DNA of 64,000 nt from Bdellovibrionales bacterium. Its GTDB lineage: Bacteria > Bdellovibrionota > Bdellovibrionia > Bdellovibrionales > JAUICD01. The translations under genes were made by a program, and so were the position numbers. Below the pieces are notes generated by a model. The model did not search any database. It worked only from the letters and a program-made list of their open reading frames with translations, and was not told the DNA's origin. The number at the start of each line of letters is the position of its first letter. Position 1 is the stretch's first letter. Of the stretch, positions 8,790 through 19,634 are shown one piece after another. The stretch is taken from contig CBDANC010000013.1 of the NCBI GenBank assembly GCA_965197425.1, forward strand, positions 160,001 to 224,000, given 5' to 3'.

Positions 8790-10327
8790 CGTTCAGTCTC
8801 TATAAAAACAAAGTTACCATCTTTAATTACTTGTTGTATTTTATTTTTATCAACAATATAAGAGTCGTCATGAACTTTTGCATTCAGTATTGACTCATCT
8901 TCTGCCATATAGGCAAATAAATATCTAAATAAGTTGGCAACACTTTTTATATTAGTATCGTATCTACCATCATAATTCCCTGCTACCCCTCCCCACTTTA
9001 TTGCTAGAAATGTGCCCACTCTGTCCATAATATGCAATGGATCAAGTGAGGAAACGCCATACATACATTTATTGGTTACTCTTGGCCCATGATCAGATGC
9101 AACAATTATAATAGCATTATCATCTACTGAAGCTATTTTTTCTATTATTTGAGACATATATTGGTTTGTATCACGAACTCTATCTAAATATTGTTTTGTC
9201 TCTAACTCGCTTTCACAAAATGAATCAGTTGGAGAATGTCCTGGAATATACAAATGGAGATAAGTAAATTGATTTTCTTTTGTAGGATCGATATGAGATA
9301 TTACATCTTCTACGGATAAAGAAAACCATGCTGTGGGATCAATATGCAAATCCATAAAACTATTTAACACCACCTTATTAAATAAACCCAATGTTCTAAC
9401 TAACTTAGAGGTGCCGCCTCTAGTATCAAGACTATTAACACAAAAATCTGCATAGCAATGATCTTCAGTAAGGTAATCATTTTGAAATATTAGATTGGTT
9501 CTATAACCGTTATCTTTAAAGATATTAACAACATTTGAATGCCCTGCTATCATTTTAGACCGTGTATCATACTCCACATTAGCCATCAATTTACCGCTAT
9601 ACTTATAATCCATCATAAAATAAGAAGGCATGGTATTTTTTGTTGCAGAATAATTAGAATAAAAAGAATTATATGTTCTAAAACCTTTTTCTTCTAAAAG
9701 TTCTAAAAAATTAGAACCGTATTCATTCAAAAAATCAAAATTTATTCTCTCTAAAAAATCAACATTAGAATAACTATCGAATAAAACGAAATATACATTC
9801 AATTTGTTTTTAAATTGAATTTCTTCGTAATTGTAATTTATCAAATGCGACTTACTTGCAATGTAATTAATATATTTACCTGCTGTTTCATAAACTGGAA
9901 ACACAATCACAATAACTGTAACAATAATAGTCTTCTTGATATTGAGAGAACAAATTAATCCTAATAAAAACCCACCTAATAACAAAAAAACTCCAGGTAA
10001 TACATTATGTATATTTCTGATCATATCAAACTGATCAAAAAAGTATTTTGAAAATACACCGATTATAGAAGATCTTAAACAATAAAATACAAATACAAAT
10101 AAAAGACCAATAGCAATGTTTCGGTTAAGCTTTAAAAAGCTAGTTACAAATAACAAAAAAGATCCTACAAAAATACTACTAGATGTAATTAATAAAATGC
10201 TATAAATTGCATATTGAGGCCTAATTAAATTCATATTATTACTTACATGAAAAAATGAAATATAAAGGCCAAGCAGCAATGATAACAAAAGAAATTGTGT
10301 ATTAAACTTATTATTTTGTTTAAACAT
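8786..10327 (-). CDS. Membrane-anchored sulfatase/alkaline-phosphatase-superfamily protein
   Basis: N-terminal TMs; NVYFVLFDSY, HLYIPGHSP, IIIVASDHG. Confidence 0.75.
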   Translation of the reverse strand: MFKQNNKFNTQFLLLSLLLGLYISFFHVSNNMNLIRPQYAIYSILLITSSSIFVGSFLLFVTSFLKLNRNIAIGLLFVFVFYCLRSSIIGVFSKYFFDQFDMIRNIHNVLPGVFLLLGGFLLGLICSLNIKKTIIVTVIVIVFPVYETAGKYINYIASKSHLINYNYEEIQFKNKLNVYFVLFDSYSNVDFLERINFDFLNEYGSNFLELLEEKGFRTYNSFYSNYSATKNTMPSYFMMDYKYSGKLMANVEYDTRSKMIAGHSNVVNIFKDNGYRTNLIFQNDYLTEDHCYADFCVNSLDTRGGTSKLVRTLGLFNKVVLNSFMDLHIDPTAWFSLSVEDVISHIDPTKENQFTYLHLYIPGHSPTDSFCESELETKQYLDRVRDTNQYMSQIIEKIASVDDNAIIIVASDHGPRVTNKCMYGVSSLDPLHIMDRVGTFLAIKWGGVAGNYDGRYDTNIKSVANLFRYLFAYMAEDESILNAKVHDDSYIVDKNKIQQVIKDGNFVFIETER

Positions 10328-10337
10328 TAGGTTAAAA

Positions 10338-10532
10338 TTATTGCTTCTTTATTTTTTGTGTAAGATACACAATTAGGTTCTTAATTTTAAGTTTAATATC
10401 TCTATAAAACAAAACAATGCCAGCAAGACCGGCTATTAAACCTTGTATAATTAAACTACCCGTTCCAGGATCAAAATAAGCGTTCGCAATATCGTGGTAA
10501 AAAAATAAAAGTATAAATATTAAAAAAACCAA
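10338..10532 (-). CDS. Small membrane protein with AYxDPGTGS motif
   Basis: ANAYFDPGTGSLIIQGLIAGLAG; GGAGG upstream. Confidence 0.75.
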   Translation of the reverse strand: MVFLIFILLFFYHDIANAYFDPGTGSLIIQGLIAGLAGIVLFYRDIKLKIKNLIVYLTQKIKKQ

Positions 10533-10719
10533 AAAACCTCCAAATAATTTGGATTCAGCAAATCCGATTCTATCTAAATACTATTTATAAAACAACTTGT
10601 TAATAAACCCTCTGTTCTGGCCTTTGGTCAATCCTCTTGAGGGAAGGATATTTAGAATTCTTCGGTACATGCTATACATCTATCATACAAAATTTCAATC
10701 TTTTACCTATCGGAGCTGA

Positions 10720-11892
10720 TTATATCCATCTCTCTAGAACACTAACAAAATGGTTAATCTCACGCTCCAAATTATAATAATGATTTCCAATAAAAAATCC
10801 TAGGTCGTGAATTTTATCAGCATTAGAAAGCTCTCCATGTACAGAATAATCAAAATACTTTATCACAGGATGCTTTGTGAAATTACCTGCAACAATCGGT
10901 CTTACTTCAATTTGATGTTTATTTAGCTCTGAAACTAAAGATGCACGATCACTAGCTGTGCCATTTTTCAAGATTATAGGAAAACCAAAAAAACTACTTT
11001 CTCCAACCTCTTTCTGCAGATGAAACATGTCACTAAATCTCTTCATCTTACTATAGAATACAGAAGCATTGTCTCTTCTAACTTTAATCATTGAAGGAAG
11101 CTTTTTTAACTGCTCTATTCCAATTGCAGCACTTAGTTCAATTGGTCTTAAGTTAAATCCAGGTAAAACAAATTTAAAATATTCCTCAAATGAGTCTTCT
11201 TGTTTTTTTCCAGAAACAAAGTTGTCATTTGGCAAATTCCTGGTCCATCCATGAGAACGAAGGGACAAGAGTATATGATATATTTCTTCATCATCAGTTA
11301 CACACCCTCCTCCTTCCATAGTCGAAATGTGATGACTAAAAAATGTGCTAAATGTCCCTATCTTTCCAAATGTTCCTGTTTTTTGCCCTCTAAATGTGGC
11401 ACCTAAAGATTCACAATTGTCTTCTAACAAAATAAGATTATGTTTATTACATATCTCATTCAATTGTTTAAATTCGTTTGGATTTCCTAATAAATTAACG
11501 GCAAAAATGGCTTTGGTATTTGAAGAAATAGCATCTGCAAGAATGGAAACATCCATATTAAGTGTTTCTATGTCAACATCAACAAATTTTAGTTTAAGGT
11601 CGTATTGCAACAAAGGGATGTATGTTGTTGACCAGGAAACCGCGGGAACAATCACTTCATCACCTTTGGCTAGAGCACTCTCTTTCTTGTAAAACAAGCT
11701 AGCAATAGCCAAAAGGTTTGCAGATGATCCTGAGTTAACCATCACACAGTATTTTGAACCCAAAAACTTGGCCATATCTTTTTCAAAAGCATAAACCTTC
11801 TCACCCATGGTAAGGTTCCCTGAGTTGATGACTTCTTTTAGAGCCTCAATTTCTTTATGATCCCATGAGGATGATGCTAAAGGATATTTCAT
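10720..11892 (-). CDS. colD: GDP-4-keto-6-deoxy-D-mannose 3-dehydratase (DegT/DnrJ family, ColD type)
   Basis: MKYPLASSSWD, NSGSSANL, LEDNCES, FSTFFSHHISTMEGG (His in place of the PLP Lys); start 11892 inferred. Confidence 0.85.
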   Translation of the reverse strand: MKYPLASSSWDHKEIEALKEVINSGNLTMGEKVYAFEKDMAKFLGSKYCVMVNSGSSANLLAIASLFYKKESALAKGDEVIVPAVSWSTTYIPLLQYDLKLKFVDVDIETLNMDVSILADAISSNTKAIFAVNLLGNPNEFKQLNEICNKHNLILLEDNCESLGATFRGQKTGTFGKIGTFSTFFSHHISTMEGGGCVTDDEEIYHILLSLRSHGWTRNLPNDNFVSGKKQEDSFEEYFKFVLPGFNLRPIELSAAIGIEQLKKLPSMIKVRRDNASVFYSKMKRFSDMFHLQKEVGESSFFGFPIILKNGTASDRASLVSELNKHQIEVRPIVAGNFTKHPVIKYFDYSVHGELSNADKIHDLGFFIGNHYYNLEREINHFVSVLERWI

Positions 11893-12117
11893 TAAAAACC
11901 TGTTCCTAGCTAAGTAACAGTATAACATGCTATAAGAGTGCTCTCCAGTTTACAAACATTTAAACTGTCATGCTTTACTTTTAAGTACACTATTTATAAT
12001 ATAAATACACCACGCTATTACTTTACAAAAATCATAATTCATTCTACAGTAATCTGGCGGACAGGTACGCAGTGTTAAAAACTTATCGTAGGGCTTTAAT
12101 CATAAGAGGATTTAGTA

Positions 12118-13062
12118 TTGGATACAAGAACTAGAGTTTTAATATTAGGTGGTACTGGCCTTGTAGGATCATCGCTAGTAAGATTACTTACCTCAAAAAA
12201 GTTCAAAAATGTTCTGTATCCTAATAGGCAAAAATTAGATCTTCTCAACTCACGAGACACAACTGATTTTTTCATAAAGAATAAACCTGAGGTAGTCATT
12301 AATTCTGCTGGAAGAGTCGGAGGTATACACGCCAACAATACTTATAGAGCAGAATTTATATTGGAAAACCTAACTATCCAAAACAATATCTTCAATGCTG
12401 CACTGAAAAACCAGGTGGAAACTTTTCTTTTTATGGGATCATCTTGTATTTATCCAAAATATGCAGATCAACCAATCAAGGAAGACAGTTTGCTTACAAG
12501 CAAACTTGAGGATACAAATGAGCCTTATGCCATTGCCAAAATTGCAGGTTTAAAGGTTGCAGAAAATATCAAAAGGCAATTTGGCTTAAACTTTTTTTCT
12601 GTAATGCCAACTAATTTATATGGAATGAATGACAACTTTGATTCCGAGAAAAGCCATGTCATACCTGGTATTATACGGAGAATGTATGATACAATTCAAT
12701 CTGAGAAAAGCGAGTTTGAGGTTTGGGGTAGCGGAAAACCCAGAAGAGAATTTTTGTGTGTAGATGATCTAGCAGAGGCTTGTCTTTTTTTGCTTCATCA
12801 AAAGGATTTGCCTTACTTTATAAATGTAGGAACAGGTAAAGATATTACCATAGCTGAGTTAGCACAAAAGATTGCTAATATTATGGGTTTTAAAGGCAAA
12901 CTTGTGTTTAATACTAAATATCCTGATGGAACTCCTAGAAAATTGTTAGATGTTTCCAAAATTCATAAAATGGGATGGAAACATAAACTTTCACTGGAAG
13001 ATGGTCTGAAAAAAGCAATAGAACTTTTTAAAAAAGAAGTCTTCAACACAGCAGATACTTAG
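12118..13062 (+). CDS. fcl: GDP-L-fucose/colitose synthase
   Basis: GGTGLVGS, VGGIHAN, GSSCIYPK, YAIAK, PTNLYG, WGSGKPRREFL. Confidence 0.93.
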   Translation: MDTRTRVLILGGTGLVGSSLVRLLTSKKFKNVLYPNRQKLDLLNSRDTTDFFIKNKPEVVINSAGRVGGIHANNTYRAEFILENLTIQNNIFNAALKNQVETFLFMGSSCIYPKYADQPIKEDSLLTSKLEDTNEPYAIAKIAGLKVAENIKRQFGLNFFSVMPTNLYGMNDNFDSEKSHVIPGIIRRMYDTIQSEKSEFEVWGSGKPRREFLCVDDLAEACLFLLHQKDLPYFINVGTGKDITIAELAQKIANIMGFKGKLVFNTKYPDGTPRKLLDVSKIHKMGWKHKLSLEDGLKKAIELFKKEVFNTADT

Positions 13063-13781
13063 GTAGACTTATAGCGATAATATGCTAACTCAAACAATAT
13101 TCTTAGAGCTTCAATAATTGATGCTAATTTTATATTATTGCTGGGATTGGAATATGTGATAGGTACCTCAGCAATGTCATATTTATGTGCATGAAATTTA
13201 ATCTCAGTTTGAATAAACGGACCATTAGATCTGATACCCTTTTTTAAAATTTGATTTAAAACTGAACCTTTAAAACATTCAAAACTACTGGTCATGTCAG
13301 TAAGCCTGGTTCCAAGAAGTTTATTTGTTATAAAAGTTCCAGACCTACTTAACAACCTTCGTTTAAAACTGGATTGTTTTTTGTAAATACCGCCCTTGCC
13401 AAACCTGGTACCAAATACGCAATCTTTCCCCTGATCCATAAGATCAAAAAATCTGTGCATTTCGGAAGGCTTTTGACTAAACCCTGCATCAATCTCCAAC
13501 ACCCAATCATATTGTATGGCTTCCATATACCCGCGAATATAAGCTTTAGCAACTGAAGTTATAGAAGGATCATAAACTAATGAAAGTTGGCTGTAATCTT
13601 TAAGCATTTTTTTGATAATATTAATAGTATTATCAACACTTGAATCATCCATGATTATAAAAAGTGTGAATTTATCAAAGCAAGAGGCTTCTTTGATTAT
13701 TTCGTGAATGAACTTTTCAATAGTTAATTCTTCGTTAGCAATAGGACACACTATTCCGAGACTTTTTTTGTATCTAGTCAT
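13059..13781 (-). CDS. GT2 glycosyltransferase (polyprenol-phosphate mannosyltransferase-like)
   Basis: P..NEE, DDSSVDNT, EIDAG, GTRF, DMTSSF. Confidence 0.85.
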   Translation of the reverse strand: MTRYKKSLGIVCPIANEELTIEKFIHEIIKEASCFDKFTLFIIMDDSSVDNTINIIKKMLKDYSQLSLVYDPSITSVAKAYIRGYMEAIQYDWVLEIDAGFSQKPSEMHRFFDLMDQGKDCVFGTRFGKGGIYKKQSSFKRRLLSRSGTFITNKLLGTRLTDMTSSFECFKGSVLNQILKKGIRSNGPFIQTEIKFHAHKYDIAEVPITYSNPSNNIKLASIIEALRILFELAYYRYKST

Positions 13782-14746
13782 GATATCTCTTCAAGAAATG
13801 TAGTTAGCGTATTTATCTCATCGTGTTTTACAATTTTGTTTCTTTCTAATACTTGGTAGCTCAGTAACAGGTTATCTTCCATACTATATGTTGGTTTTAT
13901 TACCGACCGAACGATGTGAGGAATTTTTTTGGACTGCAAATAGATCGGTATTTCAGATTCAAAATCTTCCATGAGGTCATGTTTATTTCTCTTTTGATAG
14001 ACAGTAGCATTATGGAAACCAACGGATAATTTATATACTCCCAATATTTGCTGCATAACAAGTCCCCTTAAAATATCAGTAAATCTAAAAGAAACGGTGT
14101 GAGGCAGATACAGCAATGGGAAGGCTTTTTTGGAAAAAGTAGTATTTTGTGAGTTGGTAGGGCAAAATTGATCATGACTTAAAGCTAAGGGAGGCTGTTT
14201 ATCAAAGTTGAACTCTGGATTTTTTGTTGTCATCCTATATATTGCATCCACATCTGGATCTAAGTCCACCAAACCTTGCCACACAACAACATTCATTGGT
14301 GAAACTTCTAGATCACATTTTTCTTTTTTTAATTCATCTAATGGAAAACCTCTGGGCCAACATTTTCGTTCAGTAAAATATTGGTATATATTGCACCATA
14401 TATCTTTATTCACTGGTGTATTATGCTGTGAAATACCAAATTGTGGGCAAGATGATATGTCTTTGTAAGGATAATTATCATCATCTGTATCTACGATTTC
14501 TGATGCACTATTTTTGATAGCATGTATATATCCTATATTTTTTCTGCAATAGTGATTATATGGCAACATTTTGTGGATTTTGTATTTAGTTTGATTTTTG
14601 ATAGAGAGATAATCTACATTAGTAACTCTGTAGTTATCGGGTGTTTTTTTATCACCAACAACTAATACTTTACTTCCTGACATCTTAGAATAATTACGAA
14701 CTACTTGATTTGGTGGGTTTATGCTGGTGATTACAATATATTTCAC
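13778..14746 (-). CDS. STELLO/DUF288-like glycosyltransferase
   Basis: IVITSINPP, GDKKTP, RKNIGY, DTDDDN, WPRGFPL, DPDVDAIYR, NSQNT. Confidence 0.85.
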   Translation of the reverse strand: MKYIVITSINPPNQVVRNYSKMSGSKVLVVGDKKTPDNYRVTNVDYLSIKNQTKYKIHKMLPYNHYCRKNIGYIHAIKNSASEIVDTDDDNYPYKDISSCPQFGISQHNTPVNKDIWCNIYQYFTERKCWPRGFPLDELKKEKCDLEVSPMNVVVWQGLVDLDPDVDAIYRMTTKNPEFNFDKQPPLALSHDQFCPTNSQNTTFSKKAFPLLYLPHTVSFRFTDILRGLVMQQILGVYKLSVGFHNATVYQKRNKHDLMEDFESEIPIYLQSKKIPHIVRSVIKPTYSMEDNLLLSYQVLERNKIVKHDEINTLTTFLEEIS

Positions 14747-14846
14747 TACTCTCTCGATATTAAAAAATATAATTGATTACTACAATAATTTCTGTTTGAT
14801 CTAACTATAGATACTACACTAAAATAATACAAGAAACAATTTATAT

Positions 14847-16295
14847 ATGAAAACACAAATTAACATGTTCAATTCTTTTCGATTAAAAAATTGTTGGTTG
14901 CTGTTAGGGTTAATTACATTTTTATTTTACTTTCATATTCCTTTTATAAGAAATTTTATTTTATTATTACATAACTGTGTGGACCTAGACTTCGCTATAT
15001 ATCAACAATCAATATATGACAGTTTTTACTTATTAAAAGCTAACCCGTATAATAGCTATCTTGAAGAATATATTTTGCAAGTTCACTTTGATCCTGTATA
15101 TATGATAGCAGCACCATTTGCAGCATTATTTAATTATTCATCGTACTCGCTGTTACTATTTGAATATTTAACTTTGGTAGCCACCATAGCTGTAGTTTAT
15201 TATTATTCTAAGACAACAAAACAATTTTTGTTTTTCTTTGCACTAATAGCATTGTCTAGGATTATACCTCATAGCTATGGATACCCCATTCATGTCACTA
15301 CCTGGTCAATTTTGCCAATGACTTTGCTTGCAATTTCTATTAAGAACAACAAAACTGCATTATTTTGGATTGCTGCAATTTCGCTTATGTTTTTTAAAGA
15401 AGTTTTTCCTTTTGCCGTCATGGGATTGGGTCTAGGTTATTTGATATCATCTAGTAGGAAGAGAGGTTTTATTTTAATAGTTCTTTCGGTTATTTTTTGT
15501 ATTTTTAACTTTGGACTCAGAGATGAGCTATTAAATTCAACTTATAGATGGGATCTGGCGGGAGATTTTATGGCTAATATTCATTGGTTTATAAAACAAC
15601 TCTTTTCTACAGATAATTTATTAAAGTGGCTTTATGCTCTGATGCCACCTATAACAATTATTCTGTATTTAAAGTACAAAAAGCTGCTTAATAAAACAGA
15701 TCATCTTTTACTATGCTTTTGGATACCATTATTATTAATCCATGTTCTGCACAGTGCTAGAGGTTATCATTATGAGGTGTTGTTTTCATTTTTGCCTATA
15801 TTTTTGTTATATGATAAGTGGCATACATTAAGTAAGCACTTTATAGCCTGCATTTTATTGCTTCAATTTTGTTCTAGTGTTCCTCAATATTTTAGATTGG
15901 GATCAGATTTTCTCAAAGAAAGATATGTACTTACTCATGGAGGATATTGCACAGTCGATTGTGATAAGCGAAAAGCTGTGCGTGATTTGCAACAAGCATT
16001 TCTTCAGATACCTGATACAGCTCGCATTTTTATTGATCGAGGTACAGTAGCTCGTGTATTAAGACCAAATCTTAACATACATGAATGGCCAATACAGCCG
16101 GATAAATATAATGTCTCACGCAACAATAATTATGACTATATTGTGCTTGGGAAAACAGATGGGTATCACGCTAATCAAAAATATAAAGCTTCTATGGAGG
16201 TAGTAGAAAAATGTAAGGGTGTTAATATCATTGATAACTATTATTACTTACTTGTAAAGGGTCCCTTTGATAAGGCATGCATTGATATTTTATAA
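14847..16295 (+). CDS. DUF2079-like polytopic membrane protein (GT-C-like)
   Basis: DFAIYQQ..., HFDP, FKE motif, many TMs. Confidence 0.7.
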   Translation: MKTQINMFNSFRLKNCWLLLGLITFLFYFHIPFIRNFILLLHNCVDLDFAIYQQSIYDSFYLLKANPYNSYLEEYILQVHFDPVYMIAAPFAALFNYSSYSLLLFEYLTLVATIAVVYYYSKTTKQFLFFFALIALSRIIPHSYGYPIHVTTWSILPMTLLAISIKNNKTALFWIAAISLMFFKEVFPFAVMGLGLGYLISSSRKRGFILIVLSVIFCIFNFGLRDELLNSTYRWDLAGDFMANIHWFIKQLFSTDNLLKWLYALMPPITIILYLKYKKLLNKTDHLLLCFWIPLLLIHVLHSARGYHYEVLFSFLPIFLLYDKWHTLSKHFIACILLLQFCSSVPQYFRLGSDFLKERYVLTHGGYCTVDCDKRKAVRDLQQAFLQIPDTARIFIDRGTVARVLRPNLNIHEWPIQPDKYNVSRNNNYDYIVLGKTDGYHANQKYKASMEVVEKCKGVNIIDNYYYLLVKGPFDKACIDIL

Positions 16296-16345
16296 AAATT
16301 CATATAGTATGTTTTCTTTACCTTGTAAAGCAAGGCAACATTGAT

Positions 16346-17374
16346 ATGCACAAACATACATACAAAGTACAAAACTCAATAGTAGCCTTGCAAGACTCAG
16401 AAGACTATGTTGCATGTGAATACCTTACGGTGATAACTCTTACATACAATAACTTTGATCAACTTGAAGAAACCCTAGAATCCATTAAGTCCGTTAGGCC
16501 TAAAGAAGTTTTAGTAATAAATGGAGGACAATGTACCAAAACTTTGGATTATCTAAATAGTAAAGCTGAATACTTCAAAGAGTATTTTGAATTAAGACAT
16601 ATATCAGAACCAGACAAGGGAATATATGATGGCATAAATAAAGGTATTAAAAATGCTACTGGTCGATATATCAATTTTTTAAATAGTGGTGACAGGGTTT
16701 GTGACCCACAATACTTTAAGTTTGCCATTGATATTTTAAATCTTAACCCACATATAGGTTATACTCATGCGGATGTTGTACTTGGAAATGAAAAACAAGG
16801 TTATCATCAATTAGGTAAAAGACACATGTTATACCTCTATATATCCAAAAAAAACTATGCGGTAATGCCTTGTCACCAAACCATGGTTTATCGTTTAGGC
16901 ATATTTAGTGAAGTTGGTATTTTTGATACTAAATATAAAATTATTTCTGATCTAGATCACTATATAAGAATGTACAAAAAAGCCATAAAGCCACACTATT
17001 TGGATTTTATAAGTATTGTTTTTGATGATGGTGGGATTAGCTCATCTAATCTATTTTCTATTTTAATAGAATTGATTAGACTTTTTAAAAGTAACAAAAC
17101 GATTTTCGTTAATAGAAAAAAATTGATATCTTATTTTCTTTCTGCTACTAGACACAGCCGTATTTTTTCTGCTACTAAGCATAGTTGTATACTTATTAAA
17201 AATAATATCATAACTTTATTATTATTAGGTTTAAAAAATATTAAGTATGATGTCGAGCCCAATGAGAAACATACTGAAATACTTGGTGATAGACATATTG
17301 ATATCAATTCATTATTAGAAAAAATACCAATAGGCAAGATAAAACAGCTTAGTAACTTAGAAAAACAACAATAA
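16346..17374 (+). CDS. GT2 glycosyltransferase
   Basis: SEPDKGIYDGINKG, FLNSGD, HQTM. Confidence 0.9.
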   Translation: MHKHTYKVQNSIVALQDSEDYVACEYLTVITLTYNNFDQLEETLESIKSVRPKEVLVINGGQCTKTLDYLNSKAEYFKEYFELRHISEPDKGIYDGINKGIKNATGRYINFLNSGDRVCDPQYFKFAIDILNLNPHIGYTHADVVLGNEKQGYHQLGKRHMLYLYISKKNYAVMPCHQTMVYRLGIFSEVGIFDTKYKIISDLDHYIRMYKKAIKPHYLDFISIVFDDGGISSSNLFSILIELIRLFKSNKTIFVNRKKLISYFLSATRHSRIFSATKHSCILIKNNIITLLLLGLKNIKYDVEPNEKHTEILGDRHIDINSLLEKIPIGKIKQLSNLEKQQ

Positions 17375-17384
17375 AGAGTTCCTT

Positions 17385-17597
17385 TTGATAGAGAATAACA
17401 TTAAATCAACTAAAGACCCTAAGGTATCAGTAATTATCCCCATACATAATAGAGAGCTGTATGTGGCCGAGAGCATTGAGAGTGTTCTAGATCAAACTTA
17501 CACTGATTTTGAATTTCTGATATGTGACGATTGTTCTACTGATAATACTTGGCAAGTTTTAGAAAAGTCTATACTCGATAATGGCTCTAGCGCATGA
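17385..17597 (+). pseudogene. Truncated GT2 (N-terminal fragment)
   Basis: PKVSVIIPIHNRE...DDCSTDNT then early stop at 70 aa. Confidence 0.8.
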
Positions 17598-17642
17598 TTT
17601 TTATGCTTTATACATATGGATAGTAGTATGCTATTAATAAAT

Positions 17643-18611
17643 ATGCAAAAACAAACATACAAGGTAAAAAACTCAATAGCTGCAACACAAGGTTCTAATG
17701 AATATGTAGCTTGTAAACAGCTAACTGTAATAACACTTACCTACAATAACTTCGATCAACTAGAAGAAACTTTAGAATCCGTCAAATCAATTAGACCTAA
17801 GGAAGTTTTAGTGATAAATGGCGGGCAATGTACCAAAACATTGGATTATCTGAACAGCAAACCTGATTACTTCAAGGATTATTTTCAATTAAGACATCTA
17901 TCAGAACCAGATAAAGGTATATACGATGGCATGAATAAAGGAGTTAAAAATGCTACTGGTCAATACGTCAATTTTTTAAATAGTGGCGACAGGGTTTGTG
18001 ACCCACAATACTTTAAGTTTGCCATTGATGTTTTAACATCTCACTCACATATAGGTTATACTCATACAGATGTTGTATTTGGAAATGAAAAACAAGGCTA
18101 TCATAAAATACCAAGTAAAAGATCCATGTTATATCTCTATATACCTAAAAAAACCAGTAAAGTTATGCCTTGGCACCAAACAATGGTTTACCGTTTAGGC
18201 ATATTTAGTGAAGTTGGTCTTTTTAATACTAAATATAAGATTGCAGGAGATTGGGATCATAATATAAGGATGTACAAAAAAAACATAAAACCATACTACT
18301 TGGATTTTCTAAGTATTGTTTTTGATGATGGTGGGATTAGTGCGTCTAATCCATTTTCTACTCTGCTAGAAGTTATTAAATGTTTTAAGATTAACAAGAT
18401 ACTTTTTTTAAACTTAAAATATCTATCGCATTTTTTGTATTATTACATTAGTCAAAAAATGAATCAAAAAATGATGCTGTTTTTTAACGCTACAAAGACA
18501 TTATTGTTATTAGGTGCAAAAAACATAAAATACGAAGAAGAACAAACAACAGATGTTGACACTTTATTAAGAAAAAAAGACAAATTAGATCAGTTGGGCA
18601 ATATTAATTAA
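17643..18611 (+). CDS. GT2 glycosyltransferase, tandem paralog of 16346-17374
   Basis: Long near-identical blocks with upstream paralog; SEPDKGIYDGMNKG. Confidence 0.9.
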   Translation: MQKQTYKVKNSIAATQGSNEYVACKQLTVITLTYNNFDQLEETLESVKSIRPKEVLVINGGQCTKTLDYLNSKPDYFKDYFQLRHLSEPDKGIYDGMNKGVKNATGQYVNFLNSGDRVCDPQYFKFAIDVLTSHSHIGYTHTDVVFGNEKQGYHKIPSKRSMLYLYIPKKTSKVMPWHQTMVYRLGIFSEVGLFNTKYKIAGDWDHNIRMYKKNIKPYYLDFLSIVFDDGGISASNPFSTLLEVIKCFKINKILFLNLKYLSHFLYYYISQKMNQKMMLFFNATKTLLLLGAKNIKYEEEQTTDVDTLLRKKDKLDQLGNIN

Positions 18612-18701
18612 TGTGTGTCATCATACAACAAATGTTTTGTTTATTGAGTATGAAAAATATTAAGTATAATAGACAATATGTAATGTTTACTGGAGTGACA
18701 A

Positions 18702-18747
18702 TTGAATCCTAGAGTTCAGTAGTAATACCTGTGTATAATAGAGATCT
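18702..18747 (+). pseudogene. Frameshifted GT2 start remnant
   Basis: cct aga gtt (t)ca gta gta ata cct gtg tat aat aga gat = PRVSVVIPVYNRD with a 1-nt loss. Confidence 0.55.
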
Positions 18748-18879
18748 GACTTGTTAACACAATTGACAAACCTTTATATAGAAATATAAAAACAATAATT
18801 GTTACATTGCAAAGCAACATAGTTTATAATCTATCAATCAGTTGCATTTATTCTTAAGTTACATAAAATACCATTTCTG

Positions 18880-19596
18880 TTGCTTTGGGAGAACGTTTTG
18901 CCTATTCAAGAAATAGAGAGCCTTAGTTTAAAAGGTTTAGAACATCTAAAAGAATTGAACTTAGGTGGCATATCTGATCTTTCAGATTTTAACTGTGGAG
19001 GATTGGGTAGGCTTTTGTGTAAAAAATCACTTTGGATAGGTAAGATGGCTCCTATATCTTGTGACATGTTAGATATAACGGGCTTTCCTAACTGTCGTGC
19101 TCCAAAGAATTATCATAAGAACTATGAAGTAGTTTGGATTTATGAAAATCAGATATGTGAATACGGCAACTCTTGGTCGTTGGTGGTTGATGAATCCATC
19201 CGTATTGTTGGAGAGTCTGGTTACTTAGTACTTAGAACTAAATCCTCTGGGAATGTTAGTTTTATTGAGTTAAAATCTATGTTGGAAAGTATACCATTTA
19301 TTAGGTCAACTTTAGAAATGAAAGAAAATTTATACTGTGGTTCTATAGCAAGTGTGTTTAAAATCGAAAGAAAAGATTTAGATAATTATTTTGACAGGTA
19401 TTGGCTAACGGAATTTTTATCAAAAGATTATGTACAGAAGTCAATCTACTCTAGAATATCTAACATACTTAGTAGCTTTATAAAAAAAACTATACTTAAA
19501 TTTTGGAGAAGTTTACCTGAGAATTTTAAAATATACATAAAGTACTCGAGATTTAACAAGTTACACGCTTGTCTAAAAAAACACTTTAGGAAATAA
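18880..19596 (+). CDS. Hypothetical protein in polysaccharide locus
   Basis: 238-aa ORF, no recognised family. Confidence 0.55.
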   Translation: MLWENVLPIQEIESLSLKGLEHLKELNLGGISDLSDFNCGGLGRLLCKKSLWIGKMAPISCDMLDITGFPNCRAPKNYHKNYEVVWIYENQICEYGNSWSLVVDESIRIVGESGYLVLRTKSSGNVSFIELKSMLESIPFIRSTLEMKENLYCGSIASVFKIERKDLDNYFDRYWLTEFLSKDYVQKSIYSRISNILSSFIKKTILKFWRSLPENFKIYIKYSRFNKLHACLKKHFRK

Positions 19597-19634
19597 AAAT
19601 AAACTTACACAGAATTAATTAAAGATAAAAAGAT

